Positions 28,618 to 38,539 of a DNA stretch of 45,202 nt are shown piece by piece. The stretch comes from an uncultured Akkermansia sp. (GTDB lineage Bacteria > Verrucomicrobiota > Verrucomicrobiia > Verrucomicrobiales > Akkermansiaceae), in NCBI GenBank assembly GCA_964611765.1, contig CAZTAX010000002.1, positions 2,472 to 47,673 on the forward strand, read 5' to 3'. The notes under the pieces were generated by a model. That model worked only from the letters and a program-made list of their open reading frames with translations, did no database searches and was not told the origin of the DNA. Position numbers and translations under genes: made by a program. The stretch's first letter is position 1; each line of letters opens with the position of its first letter.

Positions 28618-29304
28618 TTAGATTTTCTTGAATGCCTTGGTGCCCCACTCGGTGCAGTTCCAGGTGGTGCCGTCCTCGCTGGTGAAGATGCACACGCCGC
28701 CGGTGGCTACCTTGATATCGTGCTCAGCGCAGAACCCTGCATAATCACCGGTAATGACCGGAGCAAAGCGGATGGTGCCGTTGGAGGAGACGCAGAGCAT
28801 GATTTCACCGTCCTTCACTTCGGAGGCCAGGCTCATCCAGTTATCACGAATCTGCTGCACGTCCACCTTCCAGCCATTCGGAACAGTAGCATCTGCATTC
28901 CACTTGTCGATGATGGCTTCGCCTCTGGCATCGAGCTCCTCGGCGGAGAGGGTGGCGGGGTCAATCCCCTCTGCCTTGGCGGCTTCAGCACCCAGACGGG
29001 CCTTCACCTGTTCCTCGGTCTTGTTTTCATCGGGACCGTAATCCACTTCGATGAAACGGTGGTCGGGTTCCACCGGGCAGGTGCAGCCTGCAGCTTCGGC
29101 CGCGAGGGTTGCGGTGCCCATGGTGCGCTTCAGCGGGGCTGCCAGAATGCGGGTGGGCACCAGCCCCAGCTTTTTGAGGTACAGACCGACACCGCGACCG
29201 CGCTCTTCCTCGACGAGCTCCAGGTCAGTGTGGCAACCCACTCGGGTGGGCGTTTCTCCTTTAGCGAAAGTGTTACCGTGGCGGGCTATGATGAGTGTTT
29301 TCAT
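28618..29304 (-). CDS. Histidine phosphatase (phosphoglycerate mutase-like) family protein
   Basis: ARHGNT, APLKRT, FIEVDYG. Confidence 0.85.
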   Translation of the reverse strand: MKTLIIARHGNTFAKGETPTRVGCHTDLELVEEERGRGVGLYLKKLGLVPTRILAAPLKRTMGTATLAAEAAGCTCPVEPDHRFIEVDYGPDENKTEEQVKARLGAEAAKAEGIDPATLSAEELDARGEAIIDKWNADATVPNGWKVDVQQIRDNWMSLASEVKDGEIMLCVSSNGTIRFAPVITGDYAGFCAEHDIKVATGGVCIFTSEDGTTWNCTEWGTKAFKKI

Positions 29305-29377
29305 GATAAAAGTGGTATTCTCCGTATATTACACAAGGCTGGAATTGATGTCAAAGAAAATCAAAAGCAGGTGGAGC

Positions 29378-30385
29378 TTATTTCTTGCTCTTTTTCTTCT
29401 TTTTGTCTGTTGTCACGGTTTCCCAGACGGGAGAATCCTTGCTGTAGGCCGGGCCGCTTTCACCATTCTGGGGAGAGACAGGCCAGTCCTCATTGGTGCG
29501 GAAGAGCATGAGCGGTGCTTTATTATCCTTGGTAACCTCCTGGGTCAGCAGGTAGTAGAAACCGTGGCGACCGCATTCGCCGATGATGATTTCAATGGGA
29601 TAATCTTTACCTTCCTGCACGCTTACCGGGGTGCCACCGGTCAACCCACCGAATGAATTATTGAAGAAATCGGTGCTTTTGAGCTGAAGCAGTCTGTAAT
29701 TCTTGTGCCTGGGATCCTTTCCGGTGCGCAGGTCCTGGATGTACTGCTTATCGGTGCCCTTGGAGAAAGCTTCATCGCTGTTGTTGCCGGTGAATACACT
29801 GGGGAGTACATAGCCGGCTTCCAGCACCACTTTGCCGCCGAAACGCACCATCAGCGTATCATCTGCTGAGCCGACAAAGCGGAACTTCATCGTCTTCGGT
29901 GCTACCACGCGCCCCTTGAATACCCCAATCCACCCGCCGGGAATGGCCTACCGGGTTTCACTCACAAAGTCGGAGGCTGCGTCTCCTGCCTTTTTGCCTT
30001 CTGCCAAATCAAGCTCGCCGTCCATATTGACCCCATAGCGGCGTTGCAGGTAGAGGTGCCCCACAGCGCAGGGAGTGGTGTATTCATAATTGTACTTGAT
30101 ATCGCTGTGGCGGCGGTTCATGATGTCCTTCATGGTGTTCATGTAATCATTCCGGACATAGTTCCACCAATCGCCGACGTGCTGCTGCACCTCGGGCTTT
30201 AATTTGCCCCGGCGGTCGCGCTTGATATCGTAAATCGTTCCACGCAGCAGGCCTTCCGGGGTTTCTGCCGCTTTCTCTTCCCCTGTCCACACGTAAGCTA
30301 CAGGGCGTTTCTCCCATTCGGCTGATACCGTGGAAATGTGGGCAAACAGCAGCGCTGCAATCGCAGGCGATAAAAATCGTCTCAT
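29378..30385 (-). pseudogene. Secreted PA14-like domain protein interrupted by in-frame TAG
   Basis: ORFs 29948-30385 (signal peptide, GLLRGTIYDIK) and 29378-29908 share a frame; read-through gives SETR*AIPGGWIGVFKGRVVAPKTMKFRFVGSADDTLMVRF. Confidence 0.7.
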
Positions 30386-30415
30386 GGTGGTTCGCTTTAT
30401 TGACGAAAGAGGTAT

Positions 30416-32269
<1,854 letters not shown>

Positions 32270-32413
32270 GAATTGCCAACATATTACACTATTCTTAAGC
32301 ATTCCGCAAGCATGAATCAAGACTGCAAACACATAAATTTCCTTGTCATGATGCGGGGTATGGCGGCTTGCGGGCTTGCGCGGCAGCGCGGTGGAGGAAT
32401 AGAATGCGGGGCA

Positions 32414-33130
32414 ATGATTCGATTCTCTCTACTCGGGGTGCAGGTAAGCATCCACCCCACCTTGTGGCTGACTCTGGCTTTTCTGGGGAGAGCCTTTTTT
32501 GTGACCAGCCTGGTGGAGCTGATGAGTGCGCTGCTGTTTGTCATTGCCGCTTTTGTGATTCTGCTGGCGCATGAGATGGGGCACGCCCTGGTGGGGCGTC
32601 GCCTGGGGGGTGGGCAGCCGAGCGTGTATCTGGCCTGGCTGGGGGGAGATTGCACGAATGAAACAGCCCGGCTGACTCGCATGCAGGGTGTCGTGATGAC
32701 TGCTGCGGGGCCGGCCGCTTCTCTGGGAATCGGTTTTGCAGCGTATTTGTTGCTGTGTTTGTATGTAGGTGATTTCGGGTTGGGAACAGCCCTTACCGCC
32801 GGCTTTGCGCTGGGGGTGATGCCCGCGGAGGTGTTGGAGATGTTCCCCCCGCTGGCCATGTTTTTCTTCTTCTACTTGATAGAGGTGAGCTGCTGGTGGA
32901 TCCTGCTGAACCTGCTTCCGGTTTTTCCGCTGGATGGCGGACAGATCATGCAGGGACTGATGAAATCGCGGCAGCAGATGCATGCCATCAGCCTGGTGGT
33001 TGCCGTGGTTCTGGCGGTCTTTTTCGGGTGCCTTGGGCTGTGGCTTCTCTCTATCTTTCTGGTGCTGCTGGCGGTGCTGAACCACCGTCTGTACCAGGAA
33101 AGCCGCGATGGCGGCGCTGATTTTCATTGA
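32414..33130 (+). CDS. Site-2 protease (M50) family membrane metalloprotease
   Basis: [20 protein letters not shown]. Confidence 0.9.
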   Translation: MIRFSLLGVQVSIHPTLWLTLAFLGRAFFVTSLVELMSALLFVIAAFVILLAHEMGHALVGRRLGGGQPSVYLAWLGGDCTNETARLTRMQGVVMTAAGPAASLGIGFAAYLLLCLYVGDFGLGTALTAGFALGVMPAEVLEMFPPLAMFFFFYLIEVSCWWILLNLLPVFPLDGGQIMQGLMKSRQQMHAISLVVAVVLAVFFGCLGLWLLSIFLVLLAVLNHRLYQESRDGGADFH

Positions 33131-33154
33131 CTTTTTACTCATAATACATAAAAT
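33127..33154 (+). promoter_or_regulatory. Sigma70-type promoter of proS (leaderless)
   Basis: TTGACT-16 nt-TAAAAT, 7 nt before ATG 33162. Confidence 0.65.
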
Positions 33155-33161
33155 CCCCGCC

Positions 33162-34682
33162 ATGGCACAACAGAACGCTATTTCTCCCACTCGCGCTCAG
33201 GATTTCCCCGAGTGGTACCAGCAAGTCATCAAGGCCGCCGATCTCGCAGAGAATTCCGAGGTGCGTGGCTGCATGGTCATCAAACCCTGGGGCTATACCA
33301 TCTGGGAGCTCATCCAGCAGCAGCTCGATGCCGATTTCAAGCGCACCGGCCACACCAATGCCTATTTCCCCATGCTCATTCCGGTTTCCTATCTGGAGAA
33401 GGAAGCTGAGCACGCCGAGGGTTTTGCCACCGAATGCGCCGTGGTGACCCACCACCGCCTGGAGGCTGTGAAAGACCCGGAAACCGGCAAGACCCGCATG
33501 ATTCCCTCCGGCGAGCTCACGGATAAGTACGTGATTCGCCCCACGTCCGAGACGGTGATTGGCGCGGCATTCTCCCGCTGGCTGGAGTCCTACCGCGAGC
33601 TGCCCATCAAGGTGAACCAGTGGTGCAACGTGATGCGCTGGGAAATGCGCCCGCGCATCTTCCTGCGCACGGCTGAGTTCCTGTGGCAGGAAGGCCACAC
33701 TGCCCACGAGACCCGCGAGGAGGCCGAGGAGGAGACCGCTCTCATGCACAAGGTGTATGAGGAATTCCAGCGCGATGTGCTGGCTGTGGATGTGATTCCC
33801 GGCGAGAAGACCGAGCACGAGCGTTTCCCCGGTGCCGTGCGCACTTTCACGGTGGAAGCCATGGTGCAGGACCGCAAGGCCATTCAGGCCGGTACCTCTC
33901 ACTTCCTGGGGCAGAACTTTGCCAAGGCTCAGAATATCTCCTTTGCCGGGCGTAACAACGAGCGCCAGTTTGCCTGGACCACCTCCTGGGGTGTTTCCAC
34001 CCGCATGATCGGCACGCTCATCATGGCCCACTCCGATGACGATGGCCTGGTGTGCCCGCCCCGCGTGGCCCCGAAGCAGATTGTCATCATCCCCGTCACC
34101 CCGAAGGCCGACACGAAGGACACCATCATCTCCCACTGCAACGAGCTGGCCGATAAGCTCAGTGCCATGAGTTTCCGTGGCCTGCCGCTGCGTGTGCTGG
34201 TGGATACCCGCGACCTGAACGGCGGCTCCAAGAAGTGGGAATGGATTAAGAAAGGTGTGCCCATGCGCATCGAAATCGGTCCGCGCGACCTGGAGAAGGG
34301 CTCCGTGTGTCTCTGCCGCCGCGACCAGGCTTCCAATGAAAAGAGTTTCATCTCTGAGAGCGAACTGGTGGAGAACGCCGTGAGCATGCTGGAGGATATC
34401 CAGAACACCCTGCTGCAGCGCCAGCGCAACTTCCGCGACAGCCACATCCGCACTTGCAACAGCCTGGATGAACTGAAGGCCAACTTCAGCGGCGAGGGCG
34501 ATGCTGACTGGCTGCTCTGCCCCTGGGATGGCTCCCCCGAGGATGAAGAAACCCTGGCCAAGAGCCTGCGCATTTCCATCCGCTGCATTCCGCAGGGCGA
34601 GATGGGCACCGGCCCCGAGGCTCCCTGCATCCTTACCGGCCGGCCCACCACGCGCCGCGTGCTTTGGGCCCGCAGCTATTAA
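33162..34682 (+). CDS. proS: Proline--tRNA ligase (archaeal/eukaryote-like type)
   Basis: DFPEWY, IRPTSET, MRWEMR, FLWQEGH, QAGTSHFLGQNF, C-terminal ARSY. Confidence 0.96.
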   Translation: MAQQNAISPTRAQDFPEWYQQVIKAADLAENSEVRGCMVIKPWGYTIWELIQQQLDADFKRTGHTNAYFPMLIPVSYLEKEAEHAEGFATECAVVTHHRLEAVKDPETGKTRMIPSGELTDKYVIRPTSETVIGAAFSRWLESYRELPIKVNQWCNVMRWEMRPRIFLRTAEFLWQEGHTAHETREEAEEETALMHKVYEEFQRDVLAVDVIPGEKTEHERFPGAVRTFTVEAMVQDRKAIQAGTSHFLGQNFAKAQNISFAGRNNERQFAWTTSWGVSTRMIGTLIMAHSDDDGLVCPPRVAPKQIVIIPVTPKADTKDTIISHCNELADKLSAMSFRGLPLRVLVDTRDLNGGSKKWEWIKKGVPMRIEIGPRDLEKGSVCLCRRDQASNEKSFISESELVENAVSMLEDIQNTLLQRQRNFRDSHIRTCNSLDELKANFSGEGDADWLLCPWDGSPEDEETLAKSLRISIRCIPQGEMGTGPEAPCILTGRPTTRRVLWARSY

Positions 34683-34711
34683 GAGTTGCTTTCCGTTAAT
34701 GTTTTGTCTCC

Positions 34712-34741
34712 TCCCCCTGAATCCCCGTGGATTCAGGGGGA
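34712..34741 (+). terminator. Hairpin after proS
   Basis: 13-bp stem TCCCCCTGAATCC/GGATTCAGGGGGA. Confidence 0.6.
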
Positions 34742-34918
34742 ATCCTGTTTCACCTGCATGGCGGCCCCTTCCGGCGCAGACGTAAAAAGAGCACGATAAG
34801 TTGTAATTTGTGGGGGCTCCGAGAATAACAACTCGCAGTCTAAGCCTGCGAAAGAAACGGGTTTTGAATACCCCCGGGCTTTACATCCGGGGTAAAAAGT
34901 GCTACTCTTGGGGGCGCT

Positions 34919-35920
34919 ATGATGAACCTGCCCATTCGCCCCCGCCGCAATCGCAAGTCTGCCGCCGTGCGTGGCCTCATGCGCGAGACGACGCTCTCCG
35001 CTGCCAATCTGATTTACCCCATGTTCGTACAGGAGGGGGAAGAGGATACCCCCATTGAGTCGCTGCCGGGCTGCACGCGCTGGAGCGTGGCGGGTATTGT
35101 GGGCGAGTGCCGGCGCTTGTACGAGCTCGGGATTCCCTGCGTTGATTTGTTTGCCGTGGTGCCGGAGATGAAGAAAGATGCGGCCGGCTCCGAGGCCTGG
35201 AACCCGGAGGGGGTGGTGCCCCGCGCTATCCGCGCCATCAAGGCGGCGGTGCCGGAGCTCTGCGTGATGACGGATGTGGCCCTGGACCCTTTCAACACAT
35301 ACGGCCAGGATGGCCTGGTGCGTGAGTATGAGGACGGTTCATACGAAATCCTGAATGATGAGACGGTGGAGGCTCTCTGCCGCCAGGCTCTCTGCCATGC
35401 CCGCGCCGGGGCGGATATCATCTCCCCCAGCGATATGATGGATGGCCGCATCGCTGCTCTGCGTGCGGCGCTGGATGCCGAGGGCTTCACGAAGGTCTCG
35501 CTCATGAGTTACACGGCCAAATATGCCTCTGCATTCTATGGCCCGTTCCGCGGTGCGCTGGGCAGTGCCCCCAAGTTCGGCGATAAGAAAACTTACCAGA
35601 TGGATCCGGGCAATGTGCGCGAGGCTCTGCGCGAAGCCGCTCTGGATGCCGCCGAGGGAGCGGATTTTCTGATGGTGAAGCCCGCCACGCTTTATCTGGA
35701 TGTGATTGCAGAGATGCGTCGCGCCACCACGCTGCCCATTGCGGCTTATCATGTGAGCGGTGAGTACCTCATGGTGAAAGCCGCAGCGGCCTCCGGCTGG
35801 CTGGATGAAAAGCAGTGCATGCTGGAGGCTCTTCTTTCCATTCGCCGTGCCGGGGCGGATATGATTCTGACCTATGCCGCCCCGCAGGTAGCTGAATGGC
35901 TGGATGGAGGTTGTCTGTAA
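34919..35920 (+). CDS. hemB: Porphobilinogen synthase
   Basis: RPRRNR, DVALDPF, PSDMMDGR, KYASAFYGPFR, MVKP, AYHVSGEY. Confidence 0.96.
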   Translation: MMNLPIRPRRNRKSAAVRGLMRETTLSAANLIYPMFVQEGEEDTPIESLPGCTRWSVAGIVGECRRLYELGIPCVDLFAVVPEMKKDAAGSEAWNPEGVVPRAIRAIKAAVPELCVMTDVALDPFNTYGQDGLVREYEDGSYEILNDETVEALCRQALCHARAGADIISPSDMMDGRIAALRAALDAEGFTKVSLMSYTAKYASAFYGPFRGALGSAPKFGDKKTYQMDPGNVREALREAALDAAEGADFLMVKPATLYLDVIAEMRRATTLPIAAYHVSGEYLMVKAAAASGWLDEKQCMLEALLSIRRAGADMILTYAAPQVAEWLDGGCL

Positions 35921-35932
35921 TACGCAAACACT

Positions 35933-36991
35933 ATGGCCCGCCGTAGAAGAATCCCGCGCAAGGACGCGCTTCTTGTTTTTCTGGTGCTGCTGGTAGCCGG
36001 ATTGCTGATGGAGCGATTCGGCGGGGATGATACCATACTGCGCTGGCTGGATAAACCTGCTGCGCAGCAGGTGGAAAATGTGCCTGTCATAGGCGCTCCT
36101 TCGAGTTCTGCCGAGGTGGCCCATACGGCACCTTTGCTGAATCAGGTGGATGTCGCTGCGATTCCCAGGCCAGGTCAGCCGGTGCGCTTCCTCATGCACA
36201 ACGTGCAGAATTATTTTGTGGAGGGTGAGGCATACCGCGCTCGTTATGTGCTGAAGCCGAAATCAAGGGAATCGCGCGAGGCGGTGGCGGAGGTGATTGC
36301 CGCCGCAAAACCCCAGATCGTGGGCCTTATTGAGATTGGCGGACCTGTAGCCTTGCAGGATCTGCGGCAGCGCCTGGCGGCTCGCGGACTGGAGTACCCC
36401 TATTACCGGGTGCTGCCCCGGCAGGGCGAGGATCGTGCGCTGGCGTTGCTTTCGGTGCATCCCATTGTGCAGGACCATTCTCAGGAAACGGTGAAGCTGC
36501 ACCGGCAGAAACGGCGCAAGATGCTGCGCGGTATTCTGGATGTCACTATCCGGTTGGAGGATGGCCGTCTGTACCGTATTGTAGGCGCGCATCTGAAATC
36601 CCGTGTGTCCGACAACGCCGGTGCCGCCGCTGCTCTTCGCAAACAGGAGGCTTATACCCTGGCGCAGCATATTCAGCATATTTCCCGCACGCAGAAGGGG
36701 ATGCCCCTGCTGGTGTTCGGGGATTGGAATGACGGGCCGATGGATGCCGCCCCGCAGATTGTGCAGCAGGGTCTTTCGCAGGATGCTGCGCTTCGCCGTC
36801 TTACCCCGGAGGATTCCCGCGGAGAGGAATGGACTCTATACTACAAACGCGGGAAGGAATACTGCCTTTACGACCAGATATTTGTGAATCCTGTTCTTCG
36901 TGAGCGCATGCGGGGGCAGGGCGGCATTGTCGATATTCAGGCTGCCGCCAAGGCCTCAGACCACCGGGCGCTGTGGTGTGATTTGCGCTGA
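35933..36991 (+). CDS. Endonuclease/exonuclease/phosphatase family protein, membrane-anchored
   Basis: N-terminal TM; HNVQN, AHLKS, GDWND, SDH. Confidence 0.85.
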   Translation: MARRRRIPRKDALLVFLVLLVAGLLMERFGGDDTILRWLDKPAAQQVENVPVIGAPSSSAEVAHTAPLLNQVDVAAIPRPGQPVRFLMHNVQNYFVEGEAYRARYVLKPKSRESREAVAEVIAAAKPQIVGLIEIGGPVALQDLRQRLAARGLEYPYYRVLPRQGEDRALALLSVHPIVQDHSQETVKLHRQKRRKMLRGILDVTIRLEDGRLYRIVGAHLKSRVSDNAGAAAALRKQEAYTLAQHIQHISRTQKGMPLLVFGDWNDGPMDAAPQIVQQGLSQDAALRRLTPEDSRGEEWTLYYKRGKEYCLYDQIFVNPVLRERMRGQGGIVDIQAAAKASDHRALWCDLR

Positions 36992-37044
36992 GTTGCGGGA
37001 TAAAAGAACTTGCCCGCTATGCGGTTAGAGACTATAATGATTCC

Positions 37045-37995
37045 ATGAGTGAACAACTGGCCATAGCGGTGGATTTCGGGGGAACGAGTATCAAAATCGG
37101 CGTGACCCGTGGTGCGGAGCTGGTGGATAAGGCCGAGCCGCTGCCTACGCCGGAGTTTGACAGCCCTGCCTCCATCATGGCGGCCATGTGCGCCACCATG
37201 AAGAAACTGCAGCGCAAACACCCGCAGGTGGCGGCTGTGGGTCTGGGCATGCCCGGCTGGGTTGATTTTTACAAGGGCGTGCTCTACCAGCTCACCAACG
37301 TGCCGGTGTGGAATCACCAGGTGCCGGTGCGCGAGGTGATGGAGCGCGAGCTGCAGCTTCCCGTGGTGCTGGATAATGATGCCAACTGCATGGGCTATGC
37401 TGAGTGGAAACTGGGCGCGGGCAGGGGGCTGGAGAGCCTGCTCTGCCTGACCCTGGGTACCGGTATCGGCGGCTGCATCGTGGTGCACAACCGCATGTTG
37501 CGCGGCCGTCATGTTTCCAGCGCCGAGCTGGGGCAGACCAGTATTGATTTCAAGGGCCGCACGGGGCCTTTCGGCAACCGGGGCGCGGTGGAGGAATACA
37601 TCGGCCACAATGAGTTCACGGCCGATGCCGTGGCGCGCTATGCCGAAGCCGGGATTCCGAAGACGGTGGCCGATTGCTCTCCCTATCGACTGGAGCTTGC
37701 CGCTCGCGCCGGCGACTCCATTGCGCTGGAGCTCTACCGCGGGTTTGCGGAGAAGCTGGGCTGCCTCATCATGAATATGATGTACGCCTTTGTGCCGGAG
37801 GCCTGCATTATCGGCGGCGGTGTGGCCAAGGCTGGGGATTTACTCTTTGCCCCGCTGAGGTCTTGTCTGAAAGAGCAGCTTTTCCCGGTGCATTATGACA
37901 ATCTGCACCTGCTGCCTGCCCATTTCGGAGCAGATTCCGGAATCATCGGCGCCGGCCTCATGGCCGCGGATTATGCAGCCGGAACCCTGCAGTAG
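37045..37995 (+). CDS. ROK-family sugar kinase
   Basis: DFGGT, DNDAN, TLGTGIGG, IGGGV; TTGCCC-17-TATAAT promoter 6 nt upstream. Confidence 0.92.
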   Translation: MSEQLAIAVDFGGTSIKIGVTRGAELVDKAEPLPTPEFDSPASIMAAMCATMKKLQRKHPQVAAVGLGMPGWVDFYKGVLYQLTNVPVWNHQVPVREVMERELQLPVVLDNDANCMGYAEWKLGAGRGLESLLCLTLGTGIGGCIVVHNRMLRGRHVSSAELGQTSIDFKGRTGPFGNRGAVEEYIGHNEFTADAVARYAEAGIPKTVADCSPYRLELAARAGDSIALELYRGFAEKLGCLIMNMMYAFVPEACIIGGGVAKAGDLLFAPLRSCLKEQLFPVHYDNLHLLPAHFGADSGIIGAGLMAADYAAGTLQ

Positions 37996-38003
37996 CCACG
38001 GTG

Positions 38004-38525
38004 TTACACGCTCGTTCCGAAGTAAAAACCGCGGGCGTGAAAGTAGGGCGCGAGCAGGCGGAGCAGCTTTCGGAAGTGCGGCGGGTAGGCATTGCTGCCG
38101 GAGAATCTCAGCTTGCGTTTGTTTTTGAGAAACAGTGTGAGTTCCCACTGCGTGCCGTCGTATACGTCCGGATTGTCGTATTCTCGCTTCCAGTCGCTTA
38201 CATGGTAGTGCCGGAAGAACCGGCGGATGATGCGTTTGAACCGCATCGGCGTATGGACGAATTTTTTATACGATTCCGTAAAGATGTGCGGCTCTGCTTC
38301 CGTGGCGCGCACCTCGAATCGGGATGCAGAAAGGTAGATTTCAAAGCAGGGGCCGAAGGCTCCGCCGATGTAGAAATAGAGCTTGCGGACTTCTGCCGCT
38401 GCATCCACCACCTGCTGCGGGTCACGGAATCCGAAATCGCGCCGGCATGCCCGGCAGTGGTGGGCAAAGCCGATGCGCGGCGCCGTATCACGGCTGCCGC
38501 AGCGGGGGCAGGGGGTAGTGTTCAT
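38004..38525 (-). CDS. Hypothetical protein with N-terminal CxxC-CxxC ribbon
   Basis: CPRC...CRAC, then WKREY...DGTQWEL...SGSNAYP; 14 nt downstream of parC. Confidence 0.65.
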   Translation of the reverse strand: MNTTPCPRCGSRDTAPRIGFAHHCRACRRDFGFRDPQQVVDAAAEVRKLYFYIGGAFGPCFEIYLSASRFEVRATEAEPHIFTESYKKFVHTPMRFKRIIRRFFRHYHVSDWKREYDNPDVYDGTQWELTLFLKNKRKLRFSGSNAYPPHFRKLLRLLAPYFHARGFYFGTSV

Positions 38526-38539
38526 AGGAAAAGTGCGTT

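Noticed and set aside
10038..29950. Stop-codon reassignment (TGA=Gly or TAG read-through) as a genetic-code change
   Set aside because: TGA and TAG terminate conserved genes normally here (pyrF and thyA end in TGA, ROK in TAG), and core genes have no internal stops.
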